From the NCBI GenBank assembly GCA_963422395.1, contig OY729431.1:692680-756679 (forward strand): a DNA stretch of 64,000 bases, written 5' to 3'. Of this stretch, positions 35,485 to 45,979 are shown piece after piece. Both the position numbers and the translations under genes were made by a program. The notes under the pieces are model-generated. The model worked only from the letters and a program-made list of their open reading frames with translations, did no database searches and was not told the origin of the DNA. This stretch comes from Vicinamibacteria bacterium. GTDB lineage: Bacteria > Acidobacteriota > Vicinamibacteria > Marinacidobacterales > Marinacidobacteraceae. Every line of letters begins with the position of its first letter. Position 1 is the stretch's first letter.

Positions 35485-37026
35485 GTGAACCGCGTCGAAA
35501 TCGCCGCCCTTCTCGGTCGCCTGGCCGGAGTGCTGGGAGCGGCGATGCTCGCTCCCCTCGGACTCGCGGTCGCTCTCGGCGAGCCGGCCTGGCCGGCTTT
35601 CGCCGTTCCGGCCCTGCTCGGGCTCGGGCTGAGCCGGCTCAGCCGGCGGCTGCCCCTCGACCCTGACGGCCCCGCTTCCGGCAGCGGCGGCTCGCGGGTC
35701 TATCTCTTCGTGGTGCTGGCCTGGGGTCTCGCCGCCGGATTCGGCGCCGTGCCCTACCTCGGCCTCTTCGGTCCCGGTTTTTTCGCCGACGCTCTCTTCG
35801 AGTCGGCTTCGGGGTTTTCGACCACCGGCGCCACCATCTTCTCCGAGGTGGAGTCGCTGCCCCGTTCGCTGCTCCTGTGGCGGTCGCTCACCCAGTGGCT
35901 CGGCGGGCTCGGCATCGTGATCGTCTTCGTCTGGCTGCTCGGCCGGCGGCAGTGGGGCGTGGAAGTGCTGTCGGCGGAGGCGCCGGGCCCGACCCCGGAA
36001 AAGACCGAGCCGAAGATGAGCGAGACCGCTCGGGACACGGTGATCGTCGGGATCGTGCTGACCGCGGTGCTCGCCGCGATCCTGCTCGCCCTGGATGTGC
36101 CGGCGTTCGATGCGGTCTGCCATGCCCTGACCACTCTGGCGACCGGCGGGTTTTCGACCCGCAACGACAGCCTCGCCGCCTTCGATCCCGTCGTCCAGTG
36201 GGTGGTCTGCTTCTTCATGTTCCTCGGCGGCGTCCGATTCGCGATCCACACCTACGAAGGGAAGCGCGTCTGGGCGCGGATCATCGGGGCGGTTCGGCGC
36301 CTCGGGAACCGCCGCTGGCGCCGGCGGGTGTCGGCGCCGCCGACCGCGAGCTACCTGGACGATCCCGAGCTGCGGCTCTACGGGAGCGTGGTCGCGGCCG
36401 CCGCGGCACTGCTGTTCCTCGGCCGGATCTCGGCGGGGGAGGGTTGGGCCGAGGGTCTCCGCCACGCCATGTTCCAGGCGGTGGCGGTGATCACCACCAC
36501 GGGCTATTCGACCGCAGACTACGACCAGTGGTCCCACTTCAGCCGCCTCCTCATCCTCCTCCTGATGTTCTCCGGGGGGTGCGTGGGTTCGACGGCCGGT
36601 TCGGTCAAGGTGCTCCGCTGGCTGATCCTGTTCAAGAAGATGCCGCTCGCCGTCCGGGTGGTGACCCAGCCCCACACCGAACTCCGCGTCCATGTCGGCC
36701 GCAGCGTCGTGCGCTCTTCGGTGAGCTCCACCATCGGCGAGTCCATCCTGCTGTTCTTCGGGGTCGCGGCGGCCGGCGGCCTGGCGGTCTGTGCGATGGG
36801 GGTGGATCCGGTCACTGCGTTCAGCGCCTCGGCGGCCAGCGTGACGAATGTGGGTCCCGGCCTCGCCGCAGTCGGTCCCGCCGCCGACTACTCCTCCCTC
36901 CCGGCTGCGGCGAAGCTGCTGCTCGCGGCGCTGATGATCGCCGGCCGCCTCGAGATCGTGACCGTCGCCGTCTTGCTGTTCAGCCCGCTGAGAGCCCTGC
37001 GCGCCCGCCTTCGCTCGGCGCTTTGA
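35485..37026 (+). CDS. trkH: Trk/Ktr potassium-uptake membrane subunit TrkH
   Basis: 513 aa polytopic membrane protein with repeated pore-loop-like GFSTTGAT / TGGFSTRN / TTTGYST segments. Directly follows trkA. Confidence 0.7.
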   Translation: MNRVEIAALLGRLAGVLGAAMLAPLGLAVALGEPAWPAFAVPALLGLGLSRLSRRLPLDPDGPASGSGGSRVYLFVVLAWGLAAGFGAVPYLGLFGPGFFADALFESASGFSTTGATIFSEVESLPRSLLLWRSLTQWLGGLGIVIVFVWLLGRRQWGVEVLSAEAPGPTPEKTEPKMSETARDTVIVGIVLTAVLAAILLALDVPAFDAVCHALTTLATGGFSTRNDSLAAFDPVVQWVVCFFMFLGGVRFAIHTYEGKRVWARIIGAVRRLGNRRWRRRVSAPPTASYLDDPELRLYGSVVAAAAALLFLGRISAGEGWAEGLRHAMFQAVAVITTTGYSTADYDQWSHFSRLLILLLMFSGGCVGSTAGSVKVLRWLILFKKMPLAVRVVTQPHTELRVHVGRSVVRSSVSSTIGESILLFFGVAAAGGLAVCAMGVDPVTAFSASAASVTNVGPGLAAVGPAADYSSLPAAAKLLLAALMIAGRLEIVTVAVLLFSPLRALRARLRSAL

Positions 37027-37126
37027 GGACGCAGCGTGCCGCTCGCCGCGCCGCCTCCCCGCTCTCGGGGCTCACGCCACTTCATCCACAGCCTGCTAGA
37101 GGATCGGAGCCTCCTACAATCGGTGG

Positions 37127-39106
37127 ATGCCTGAGCGACCGAACCCGGAAACCCCGAACCCGGAGATCCCGGAACAGGAAATCGAGGTCCTGCTCGAGGA
37201 ACAGCGTTCCTACCCGCCGCCGGAGGGATTCCGCCGGACGGCCCGGTTCCGCGACGAATCCATCTACCGCGAGGCGGAGCGGGACCCGGAGGCGTTTTGG
37301 GCCGCGGCGGCGGCGAAGCTGGAGTGGAGTCGGAGCTGGGACCGGGTGCTCGACTGGAAGCCGCCCTTCGCCCGCTGGTTCGTCGGGGGAAAGCTGAACG
37401 CCAGCGTCAACTGCCTCGACCGGCATCTGGCGCGGGGTCTCGCCGACCGACCGGCATTCCTCTGGGAAGGCGAGCCGGGCGACTGCCGAACGCTCCGTTA
37501 CGGCGAACTCCACCGGGAGGTCTGCCGCTTCGCGGGCGTTCTGCGGGGCCTCGGGGTGAGAAAGGGTGACCGGGTGGCGATCTATCTGCCGATGATCCCG
37601 GAGCTGCCCATCGCGATGCTCGCCTGCGCCCGGATCGGGGCGCCGCACAGCGTGGTGTTCGCCGGCTTTTCGGCGCAGTCGCTGCGCGACCGGATCAACG
37701 ATGCCGAGGCGAAAGTACTCGTCACTGCCGACGGCGGCTACCGGCGCGGCGGGATCGTTCCGTTGAAATCCATCGCCGACGAGGCGCTCACCGACACGCC
37801 TTCGATCACTTCCGTCGTCGTGGTGCGCCGTACCGGCGAAGAGGTTCCGATGCGGCCGGGCCGGGACCGGGATTGGTCCGAGCTGATGGACGGCGCGCCG
37901 GACTTCGCCGAACCCGAGGAGATGGACGCCGAAGACATCCTCTACATCCTCTACACCTCCGGCACGACCGGAAAACCGAAGGGGATCGTGCACACCACCG
38001 GCGGCTATCTCACCGGAGTCACGGCGACGGCGAGGGCGGTGTTCGATCTTCGGGATTCGGACATCTGGTGGGCCGCTGCCGACATCGGCTGGGTGACCGG
38101 GCATTCCTACATCGTCTATGGTCCGCTCGCGCTGGGGATCACCCAGGTCCTCTACGAGGGGGCGCCGGACTGGCCGGACCGCTCCCGGATCTGGTCCATC
38201 ATCGAGCGATACCGGGTCAGTTGTTTCTACACCGCCCCGACCGCCATCCGCGCGTTCATGAAGTGGGGCGCTTCGCACCCGGCCGGCCGCGACCTCGCTT
38301 CGCTCCGCCTGCTCGGGACGGTGGGAGAGCCGATCAATCCGGAAGCATGGGTCTGGTACCACCGGGAGATCGGCGGCGGCCGCTGTCCGGTGGTGGATAC
38401 CTGGTGGCAGACCGAGACCGGGATGATCCTCGCCGCTCCGCTCCCGGGAATCACCACCCTGAAACCGGGATCGGCGACCCGCGCGTTTCCGGGGATCGTT
38501 CTCGACATCCTCGACCGCGGGGGCAACCGGGTCGAGGTCGGCGGAGGCTTGCTCGCGGTCACCCGCCCCTGGCCGGCGATGCTGCGCGGCATCTGGGGGG
38601 ACGAGGAGCGGTTCCGCAAGACCTACTGGAGCCAGTGGAAGGACATCTATTTCCCCGCCGACGGTGCGCGGCGCGACGAGGACGGCGACTTCTGGATCAT
38701 GGGGCGGGTGGACGATGTGCTGAATGTCTCGGGCCACCGGCTGGGAGCGGCGGAGATCGAGAGCGCCCTCGTCGAGCACGAAGCGGTCGCGGAAGCGGCG
38801 GTGGTCGGGCGTCCGCACGACATCAAGGGCGAGGGGATCGCTGCGTTCGTGGTTCTCCGGGAGGCGGCACCGGGCCGCGAGGATCTCGCCGCCGAGTTGA
38901 AGGCCCATGTCGCGGCGGCGATCGGGGCCATCGCCCGTCCCGACGACATCGTGTTCGCCGCCGATGTGCCGAAGACCCGCTCGGGCAAGATCATGCGCCG
39001 CCTGCTGCGCGACATCGCGGCGGGCAAGGCCATCGGCGACACGACTACCCTCGCCGACCCCGCGGTCGTCGAGAAGCTGCGAGAGGAGTACGGTGATGAA
39101 GACTGA
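37127..39106 (+). CDS. acs: Acetyl-CoA synthetase (AMP-forming)
   Basis: 659 aa. [23 protein letters not shown] (AMP-binding P-loop), [31 protein letters not shown] are all hallmark Acs motifs. Confidence 0.8.
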   Translation: MPERPNPETPNPEIPEQEIEVLLEEQRSYPPPEGFRRTARFRDESIYREAERDPEAFWAAAAAKLEWSRSWDRVLDWKPPFARWFVGGKLNASVNCLDRHLARGLADRPAFLWEGEPGDCRTLRYGELHREVCRFAGVLRGLGVRKGDRVAIYLPMIPELPIAMLACARIGAPHSVVFAGFSAQSLRDRINDAEAKVLVTADGGYRRGGIVPLKSIADEALTDTPSITSVVVVRRTGEEVPMRPGRDRDWSELMDGAPDFAEPEEMDAEDILYILYTSGTTGKPKGIVHTTGGYLTGVTATARAVFDLRDSDIWWAAADIGWVTGHSYIVYGPLALGITQVLYEGAPDWPDRSRIWSIIERYRVSCFYTAPTAIRAFMKWGASHPAGRDLASLRLLGTVGEPINPEAWVWYHREIGGGRCPVVDTWWQTETGMILAAPLPGITTLKPGSATRAFPGIVLDILDRGGNRVEVGGGLLAVTRPWPAMLRGIWGDEERFRKTYWSQWKDIYFPADGARRDEDGDFWIMGRVDDVLNVSGHRLGAAEIESALVEHEAVAEAAVVGRPHDIKGEGIAAFVVLREAAPGREDLAAELKAHVAAAIGAIARPDDIVFAADVPKTRSGKIMRRLLRDIAAGKAIGDTTTLADPAVVEKLREEYGDED

Positions 39107-40571
39107 AACCCCGACGGTTCGGGTGATGGAGGATGCTTCGGCCCGGGAGGGCGTCCTGGTGGCGTACCTCCTCGACGATGCGATGCACTTCGCGGCGCCG
39201 GCCTCCCTGGAAGATGGCGAGTTCCTGGCAAGGGCGCATCGGATCTTCGGGGATCCGAGCGTGAAGCGGGAGATCGCCGACCACGGAGGCCCGCAGAGCG
39301 CCTCGACCCTGGCTCTCCACACCCGCTCCCGCGAGCACGAAGCGGCGCCCGATGCGGTCCGCGTCCTCGCCGCCCGCGCGGTCGGGCACGCCCGTGACTT
39401 CGGCCTTTCCGAAGTGGTCTTCCCGCTGCTCGGGGTCGACGGTCCTCGATTCGCGGGCACGGTCGCCGAAGGCGCCGTCCTCGGCGCCTACCGCTTCGCC
39501 CGTTACCTGAAAACCCCCGGCGACCCCGCGTCCCCCAGCGTGCGGATCGCGGTCTCCGCAGAAGCGCTCCCCGAAGTTCGCCGGAGCGTGGGCCGGGCGG
39601 TCCGGCTCGCCGCCGAAGTGAATCGAGCCCGCGATCTGGTGAACGAACCGGGAGAGGCGGTCACTCCGGAATCCCTGGCCGGGGAAGCGCGCGCGGTGGC
39701 CGCCGAGACCGGCCTCGAGGTGCAGGTCTGGACAGAAGCAGCCCTCCGCACGGAGGGCTATCCGGGACTGCTCTCGGTGGGGCAGGGCAGCAATCGGCCG
39801 CCGCGGCTCATCGTCCTTCGCCACCGGCCGCCGGCGCCGGGCGCCGCCCACCTCGCGCTCGTCGGGAAGGGGATCACCTTCGACACCGGCGGGATTTCGC
39901 TCAAGCCCCCTTCGGGGATGTGGACCATGAAGGGCGACATGTCGGGCGCCGCCGCCGTGCTCCGGGCGATGTCGGCGGTGGCGCGGGAGGAGGTTCCGGC
40001 AACGGTCACCGGCATCGTCGCGGCGGCCGAGAACTACCCCGGCCCGGCGGCGACTCGGCCTGGAGACATCTTCCGCGCCCGGAACGGCAAGTCGGTGATG
40101 GTGGACAACACCGATGCCGAAGGGCGGCTGGTGCTCACCGACGCGCTGGCGCGGGCCGGGGAGGAAGGCGCCACCCACATCGTCGACATCGCCACCCTCA
40201 CCGGCGCCGCGGTCCGCGCGCTCGGAACCGGAGTGGCGGGAATCCTCGGGAACGACCCCGACTGGGTGCGTGCGGTCATCGCTGCGGGCGAGCCGCACGG
40301 CGAGGTCTTCTGGGAGTTGCCCCTGGTGAAGGAGTACCGCGACGAGCTGCGCTGCGACTCCGCCGACCTCAAGAACATCGGCGGAGTGAACGCAGGGGCG
40401 ATCACGGCGGGGCTCTTCCTCGAGGAGTTCGTTCCGGAGGGGGCCGCCTGGGCGCACCTCGACATCGCCGGGCCCTTCCTCGTGGAAAAGCCCTGGAAGT
40501 ACTACCCGAAGGGCGCGACCGGCTTCGGGGTCCGCACGCTGTTCGAGACCGCCGCCCGGTTCGCCGGGTAG
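39096..40571 (+). CDS. pepA: Leucyl aminopeptidase (M17 family, PepA)
   Basis: [12 protein letters not shown].... M17 signatures [32 protein letters not shown]. Overlaps acs by 11 bp. The 5' part of the 554-aa track ORF is spurious. Confidence 0.75.
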   Translation: MKTETPTVRVMEDASAREGVLVAYLLDDAMHFAAPASLEDGEFLARAHRIFGDPSVKREIADHGGPQSASTLALHTRSREHEAAPDAVRVLAARAVGHARDFGLSEVVFPLLGVDGPRFAGTVAEGAVLGAYRFARYLKTPGDPASPSVRIAVSAEALPEVRRSVGRAVRLAAEVNRARDLVNEPGEAVTPESLAGEARAVAAETGLEVQVWTEAALRTEGYPGLLSVGQGSNRPPRLIVLRHRPPAPGAAHLALVGKGITFDTGGISLKPPSGMWTMKGDMSGAAAVLRAMSAVAREEVPATVTGIVAAAENYPGPAATRPGDIFRARNGKSVMVDNTDAEGRLVLTDALARAGEEGATHIVDIATLTGAAVRALGTGVAGILGNDPDWVRAVIAAGEPHGEVFWELPLVKEYRDELRCDSADLKNIGGVNAGAITAGLFLEEFVPEGAAWAHLDIAGPFLVEKPWKYYPKGATGFGVRTLFETAARFAG

Positions 40572-40600
40572 CCCAGGCGGGCGAACGCCGGCCGATCCCG

Positions 40601-41923
40601 ATGGAACTCCGAAGCCTCACCCTCGAGCGGTACAAGGGCTACGCCGAGCGTGTCACCCTCGACCTCGCGCCCCTGACCATCCTGGTGGGTCCGAACGACT
40701 CCGGCAAGAGCGCCCTGGCCCAGGCGATCCAGTTACTCGCCGGGGGGCTCGCGCCGGCGGATGACGAGGCGCGCGAGCCGCTTCCCCTCGCATCCGGCGG
40801 CATCCGGCACGGAAAGACCTTCGAGGATCTGGTGACCGGCCGCTCTGCGCACGGGTGGATCGGCGTGGGGAGTGTCTTTGCCCCCGCCGCCGGCCGCGAG
40901 ATCTCTCTCGACGCCACGGTGCAGAACGTGGTCGCTCCGGGCCAGCCTGCCGAGCGTCAGATCTCGAAGTGGCGGTTGAGCAGCGCGGAAGGCGAAGTGG
41001 CGGTGGAACGGCTCTCGCTGGCCGAAGGTGCCGAATACGGAGTGTCTCTGTCCAGGATGCCGCTGTCGGGCGAGACCTCCGATATCCAGCCGATCGTCTG
41101 GCGCGGGCTGCTCCCTGCTGAACCCAATGCGGTCGCGGCGTCGCTGGCCGAACCCGTGGAGTTGCTCTGGAAGTGGGCGCGCGGCGTCCGGCACCTGCGG
41201 TGCCCGCGCACTCTCGTTCCGTCACCATTTCGGACCGAACAGGCGCCCGCATACTTCGGCTTCCACGGAAGCGGCGGGGTCGGGTTCAACCAGGGGCCGT
41301 TCAACACAGTGCATCGGAGCGCACCCGCACTCGGCCCGTACGGACGGGATGCGCCGCTCGCCCTGGCTTCCGACGACCACCTCCTCGATTCCGTTCGCGG
41401 TTGGTACCGCAGCGCCTTCGGCGTGAGCCTCGACCTGCGCGTCCATGGGCCGCATCGGGACCTCGTGGTTCGACAGTCGAACGGCGCCGCCGACGTCCTT
41501 CTCGAACAGTCCGGGGCGGGTTTGTCCCAGGTGCTCCCCGTGGCGGTTGCCGTGCTGACCGCGCCGAACGCGGGTCCCGGCGTGGAGATCATCGAGCACC
41601 CGGAGGCGGAACTCCATCCAGCGGCGCACGCTCACGTCGCGGAGCTGCTGCTCGCGAACCTCCCCGGGCCGGCGCGGCCGGTGATCGTGGAGACGCACTC
41701 CGAGATGCTGCTGCTCCGGGCTAGACGCTGGATCGCGGAGAGGCGGCTCACCCCGGATCAGGTGCTCGTCTATTGGGTTTCGCGCGAACCGGACCGGGGT
41801 TCCACCCTGCAAAAGATCCGCATCACCGAGCACGGGGATATGGACAGCTGGCCCCAGGATGTCTTCATCGAGGACTACGAGGAGATCCTGGCGATCCGCC
41901 GCGCGGCGCGGGCGAAAGCGTAG
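40601..41923 (+). CDS. ariA: AAA15/AAA21-type ABC ATPase, PARIS AriA-like
   Basis: 441 aa. MELRSLTLERYKGYAERVTLDLAPLTILVGPNDSGKSALAQAIQLL is the N-terminal SMC-like Walker A of AAA15 ATPases. GVEIIEHPEAELHPAAHAHVAELL is Walker B/D-loop. C-terminal tail (VLVYWVSREPD...WPQDVFIEDYEEI) resembles the DUF3696-type end of these ATPases. Starts 30 bp after pepA. Confidence 0.6.
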   Translation: MELRSLTLERYKGYAERVTLDLAPLTILVGPNDSGKSALAQAIQLLAGGLAPADDEAREPLPLASGGIRHGKTFEDLVTGRSAHGWIGVGSVFAPAAGREISLDATVQNVVAPGQPAERQISKWRLSSAEGEVAVERLSLAEGAEYGVSLSRMPLSGETSDIQPIVWRGLLPAEPNAVAASLAEPVELLWKWARGVRHLRCPRTLVPSPFRTEQAPAYFGFHGSGGVGFNQGPFNTVHRSAPALGPYGRDAPLALASDDHLLDSVRGWYRSAFGVSLDLRVHGPHRDLVVRQSNGAADVLLEQSGAGLSQVLPVAVAVLTAPNAGPGVEIIEHPEAELHPAAHAHVAELLLANLPGPARPVIVETHSEMLLLRARRWIAERRLTPDQVLVYWVSREPDRGSTLQKIRITEHGDMDSWPQDVFIEDYEEILAIRRAARAKA

Positions 41924-41931
41924 AGCTGCGG

Positions 41932-42915
41932 ATGCGCATCACGATCACGGTGGAGGCCGCGAACGATGCTGCAGCGCACTCCTGGCTGGACCGGATCGTG
42001 CATCGGATCGAGGACGGCTGGCATGTCTGGGACCTGACCGACCTGGCCGAGCCGGCCTCCATGGAGGCCACCTCGTGGTTTCGGGATCCTGGCCGTCAGG
42101 GCCAGCGGCTGCGGGAGCTGCTGCGGGAGCTGCTGCGCACCTCCATACGGCGCGAGGCATGGTCTCCGTCTCTGGCGACGCACGGGAGGCGCTTGCGAGT
42201 GACGCCGCATCCGGCTGCAGAAGGGGAGTCGAAACCGGAGGACGCCTTCCGGCTCGCCGACAAGCCCCTGGTCCTCCTGGTGGAGAACCGGCAGAGCGAC
42301 GGCTCGTTCCTCAGGCGAGTCGTCGGGGAGCTGGACCGGACCCTCGGTAAGCTGTGGAAGAAGGACGGCGAACCGATCCGGGTGGACAGTGTGGGCGGCA
42401 GCGGCCAGATGCAGCAGGAGGTGCAGCGCCGAGCCGAGAAATCGGCCCGACCTTGCCGGCTCGTGGTGGTCGTGGACAGCGACCGCGAGGGTCCGGAGGC
42501 CCCCCCGAGTTCTGTTGCGCGAAAACTCGGCGGAGTGTGTGAGGAACACGGCGTTCCGTGCTGGATCCTCGCCAAGCGGGAGGCGGAGAACTACCTGCCT
42601 CGAGCTCTTCTCGAGGCACGGCCCGACACCGGTCCTGCGGATGCCGAGCGGGTGGAGGCGTGGGACCGCCTCGATGAGGACCAGAAGGACTTCTTCGACA
42701 TGAAGGACGGTTTGTCGAATCAGCCGTCAGCGACAGAGGAATCCGCGTTCCGCGGGATTTCGCCTGCCGACCGCCAGATCCTCAGCGAGGGGTTCGGGGA
42801 GCAGTTGCATACCTGCTGGTGCCTGGGTGGTACCGCCGAGGTTCGGAGAGAACTCATCGCCCGGAGCCGCGGCGATCTGGAACGCGGTTTGGAGATGATC
42901 CGAAGTCAGGTGTAG
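41932..42915 (+). CDS. ariB: Toprim-like protein, DUF4435/PARIS AriB-like (tentative)
   Basis: 328 aa from MRITITVEAANDAAAHSWLDR. Toprim-like acidic motifs KPLVLLVENRQSDGSFL and CRLVVVVDSDREG, plus ILAKREAENYLP. 8-bp gap after the ATPase gene. The 41773 track start overlaps the ATPase 3' end and is low-complexity. Family call is by motif pattern only. Confidence 0.4.
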   Translation: MRITITVEAANDAAAHSWLDRIVHRIEDGWHVWDLTDLAEPASMEATSWFRDPGRQGQRLRELLRELLRTSIRREAWSPSLATHGRRLRVTPHPAAEGESKPEDAFRLADKPLVLLVENRQSDGSFLRRVVGELDRTLGKLWKKDGEPIRVDSVGGSGQMQQEVQRRAEKSARPCRLVVVVDSDREGPEAPPSSVARKLGGVCEEHGVPCWILAKREAENYLPRALLEARPDTGPADAERVEAWDRLDEDQKDFFDMKDGLSNQPSATEESAFRGISPADRQILSEGFGEQLHTCWCLGGTAEVRRELIARSRGDLERGLEMIRSQV

Positions 42916-42919
42916 CGAA

Positions 42920-44581
42920 GTGGCGTCCCCCTTCTCCCGGCGAACCGAGGTCGTCTCCGAAGTCGTGTTCCTCGGGAAACTCGTCGAGCGGATCGTCTCC
43001 GGGAAGATTCGGGTCCCGAGGTTCCAGCGCGCCTTCGTCTGGAGACAGCAAGACATTCACAGACTTCTCGGCAGCGTCTTTCGCGGGTTCCCGATCGGGT
43101 CCATCCTGGTCTGGGACACGGACCTGAAGATCGCATCCAGCGACCGGATCGGGCCGGTCGATACGGCGCCTCGTCCCGACGGGACCGTGGGGTACCTGCT
43201 CGATGGCCAGCAGCGCGTCTCGACCCTGGTGGGGACGCTGCGCCTCGGTACCGGCCCAGCCATCGAGGATGAACTCGACTGGCGGGTTTACTGCGATCTC
43301 GAAACCGGCGAGTTCGTGCGAGCGCCGAAGGCCGGACCCGGGCCGCAGCATTTCCCGGTGCGGAGCCTGCTCGACACCGCCGGCTTCTTCGGCGCCTGCC
43401 GCCGAATTCAGGAGGAAGTGCAGGATACACGGAGGGCGAGGGAATGGCTCGGCGAGGCCGATCGCCTGGCGAACGCGTTCCGCGACTACCAGCTTCCCCT
43501 GATCCACATCAAGGAGGCGGATCTCGGTAGCGCGGTCACCGTGTTCGCCCGTCTGAACCGGACCGGGCGGAAGATGACGGCGGATGCGATGGTGTCGGCG
43601 CTGACCTACGACGAGGGCGGCTTCGACCTCGCCGCAAAGATCACGGAGTTCAAGGCCGAACTGAACCAACGGGGGTTCGGAAATCTCGACCGCGTGCTGC
43701 TCCTCCGGGCGGTGCTCGCCGCCCTGAAGCTCGACATCTACGCGCAGGACTGGGCGAATCTGATCCGGAAGCAGGAAGTTCACCCCAAGCTTCCGGGCGC
43801 TTTCGAATCGGCCGCCGACGGCTTGCGACGGGCGCTGGATTTCCTCCGGGAACTCGGGGTGACCTCGGACCGATTGCTGCCGTACGGCCTGCAGCTCGTC
43901 CTCCTCACCGAGTTCTTCCGGCGGTGCCCGGATCCGGCACCGGAGGCGAAGCGAACACTGAGTCGTTGGTTCTGGGTGACCTCCTTCAGCGTTTGGTTCG
44001 GCAGCGGCGGCAGTGCGAGAGTGAGACTCGCACTCCAGGAATTGCGGAATCTGGCGATGGACGCAGGGGCGGACCTCGAGGTCGTGGATCTCGATTCTCC
44101 GGCGGCGCCGTTTCCGGAACGGTTCGACGGACGCAGTTCGCGCGTCCGGGCCTTCCTGCTCTACCTCGGATCGCTCGAGCCGCGATCGCTGCGGGGCACT
44201 GGCGCCCTCGATCCGGGTGATTTGCTGGCTTCGCGAGGTACCGGAGCGTTGGGGTATGTGGTGGCGAATCCCGCGCGGGGCGACCAGTGGCTCTCGAGCC
44301 CGGCGAACCGGATGTTCGTGGACGCGGACCATATCGGGCAAGCCTTCGGATCGCTCGGGGCGCGAACGGACGAAGAGCTGGCCGTGCTGCTGCCCACACA
44401 TGGGTTTGGACCCGAAGCCATCGGGTCGATTCGAAGCAACGACCGGGAGGAATTGATCCGCGAGCGGCGCGAGACCCTCATCGAGGGTGAGCGCAAATTC
44501 ATGGAACAAAAGGAAGTTGCGCTGCCGATGGCGCGCACGGCGGCGACCGTGGCAGACAGCGAAGCGTCGGACGACGAGTAG
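42920..44581 (+). CDS. DUF262 (ParB-like/GmrSD N-domain) protein, second copy in window
   Basis: 553 aa. VPRFQRAFVWRQQDIHRLLGSVFRGFPIGSILVWDT...GYLLDGQQRVSTLVGTL is the DUF262 signature including DGQQR. 4-bp gap after the Toprim-like gene. Confidence 0.65.
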   Translation: MASPFSRRTEVVSEVVFLGKLVERIVSGKIRVPRFQRAFVWRQQDIHRLLGSVFRGFPIGSILVWDTDLKIASSDRIGPVDTAPRPDGTVGYLLDGQQRVSTLVGTLRLGTGPAIEDELDWRVYCDLETGEFVRAPKAGPGPQHFPVRSLLDTAGFFGACRRIQEEVQDTRRAREWLGEADRLANAFRDYQLPLIHIKEADLGSAVTVFARLNRTGRKMTADAMVSALTYDEGGFDLAAKITEFKAELNQRGFGNLDRVLLLRAVLAALKLDIYAQDWANLIRKQEVHPKLPGAFESAADGLRRALDFLRELGVTSDRLLPYGLQLVLLTEFFRRCPDPAPEAKRTLSRWFWVTSFSVWFGSGGSARVRLALQELRNLAMDAGADLEVVDLDSPAAPFPERFDGRSSRVRAFLLYLGSLEPRSLRGTGALDPGDLLASRGTGALGYVVANPARGDQWLSSPANRMFVDADHIGQAFGSLGARTDEELAVLLPTHGFGPEAIGSIRSNDREELIRERRETLIEGERKFMEQKEVALPMARTAATVADSEASDDE

Positions 44582-44752
44582 GTCGGGGGAATGACCGACA
44601 TTCGAGGGTAGTAGCGGGCGTTTGCGCAAAGCCCCGGCGCGGCCTCTCGCTCTCGCCGAGCGCTATCCACGGGAGGCTCGCCTTCGTTCCGGCGGCGCCC
44701 TCGGGTCGGGAGCGCTGGCAGGCGGGATCGAGTCTTCTCGACCCCTGCTGAT

Positions 44753-45970
44753 TCAGTCGTCCTCGCTGCTGTCGTCGGTGTCTCGCAGCCCGGGCGGGGG
44801 AGCGGGGCGCCGCCGCAGATCGGCGATCAGCAGACGGACGACGGCGCCGTAGCTCTGGGCGCCGTCGGGGATGCGCATGGTGCGGAGGTAGGAGTCGTTC
44901 ACCCGCCGTGCGGCGCCGCGCGCCAGGCCGCGATGCCGGGCCCAGAAGGTATCGAGCGCGTCGAGATCGCGCCGCGGGCCGGGTCCGAGGGCCGCCCAAA
45001 CTCGCTCCCGGTCGCGGGGGGCCGCATGTCGGGCGGCAGCGAGCAGGTGCCGTGCGGCGAAGAAGGATGCGGCGTAGCGGAGATACGGGTGGCGGCGTTG
45101 CTGCGAGAGAGCCAGATAGGCCGCGAAGCTGGCTTCGCCCTCGTGGGTCACGGCGCGCTGGTGCGCCTTCTCGTGAGCCGCGGTGAAGACGACCGCGACA
45201 TCGGGCGGACCGGTGTTCACCGTCGGCTCTCCGGTGAACGGGACGAAGATGCCGCTGATCCCCAACTTCGACATGAGTCCGGAAAACACCGCCGCCTTCA
45301 CGGGCGCCGCCCCGCTCGAACCCGGGTCGCCGGGGAGATCGAGCGCGTCGAAGGCGTCATCGATCGCGGCACTCAGATCGCCGAAATCCAGGGGGCTGCG
45401 AGAAGCGGTCTCCACCGGAAGACCGGCGAGTCCATGGGCCCGGGTGGTCTCGGCGGAGATTCGGGCGGCGAGCTGGAGGAGTTCGCGCTCTCCGATCTCC
45501 CCCGTCGGGAGGCCCAGGCGGTGTTCGAGCCGGGGCCTCGCGTAGTTGAGGCCCCATACCCCCAGGAAGACAGCGTAGAGCGCTCCGGCTCCGGCGAGAG
45601 CGAAGAGCCCGAGCTGGGCCGCTCGGCGCCAGCTGCCGCGGCTCCGGAGAACGGCCGTCCCGGCGGCCTCCTCCGCTCGCTGCGGGCTGGCGGCGCGGCG
45701 GCGCAGCGCCTCCCGGGGGATCCTCCAGAGAAGCCGGCCCAGTACCAAGAGGGCTGCAATCCCGGTGAACAGCTCGGCCAGTGAAAAGGGCAGGAAGCCG
45801 CTGATCCAGGAGAAGGCGCGCACCACCAGCGGATAGAAGCCGGTGGTGTAGATCGCTTCGACCCGCTCCGGCTCGAGGAGCGCGAGCCGGAAGATCGCGA
45901 CCGCCAGCACTCCTGCGGAAAGCCCGGCGGCGACGAACCCCCTTCTCCGGCTGCGTCCCGCCCACCGCAT
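44753..45970 (-). CDS. DUF3810-like membrane protein (putative zinc-dependent)
   Basis: 405 aa. N-terminal TM helices. Motif VVFTAAHEKAHQRAVTHEGEASFAAYL matches the AHExAHQ...EGEA signature of DUF3810 proteins. Confidence 0.5.
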   Translation of the reverse strand: MRWAGRSRRRGFVAAGLSAGVLAVAIFRLALLEPERVEAIYTTGFYPLVVRAFSWISGFLPFSLAELFTGIAALLVLGRLLWRIPREALRRRAASPQRAEEAAGTAVLRSRGSWRRAAQLGLFALAGAGALYAVFLGVWGLNYARPRLEHRLGLPTGEIGERELLQLAARISAETTRAHGLAGLPVETASRSPLDFGDLSAAIDDAFDALDLPGDPGSSGAAPVKAAVFSGLMSKLGISGIFVPFTGEPTVNTGPPDVAVVFTAAHEKAHQRAVTHEGEASFAAYLALSQQRRHPYLRYAASFFAARHLLAAARHAAPRDRERVWAALGPGPRRDLDALDTFWARHRGLARGAARRVNDSYLRTMRIPDGAQSYGAVVRLLIADLRRRPAPPPGLRDTDDSSEDD

Positions 45971-45979
45971 CGGCGAATT

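Noticed and set aside
35365-44629. Antisense ORFs 35365-36693 -, 35877-37397 +, 37082-39460 -, 37873-39096 +, 39045-40457 -, 40653-41252 -, 42854-44629 -
   Set aside because: They overlap trkH, acs, pepA, the ATPase and the DUF262 genes, which have clear family signatures. Their translations are low-complexity.
44582-44752. Possible tRNA or small RNA in the 170-bp intergenic gap after the DUF262 gene
   Set aside because: No recognisable T-loop (GTTCRANTC) or cloverleaf pairing could be found by eye. No RNA gene is claimed.
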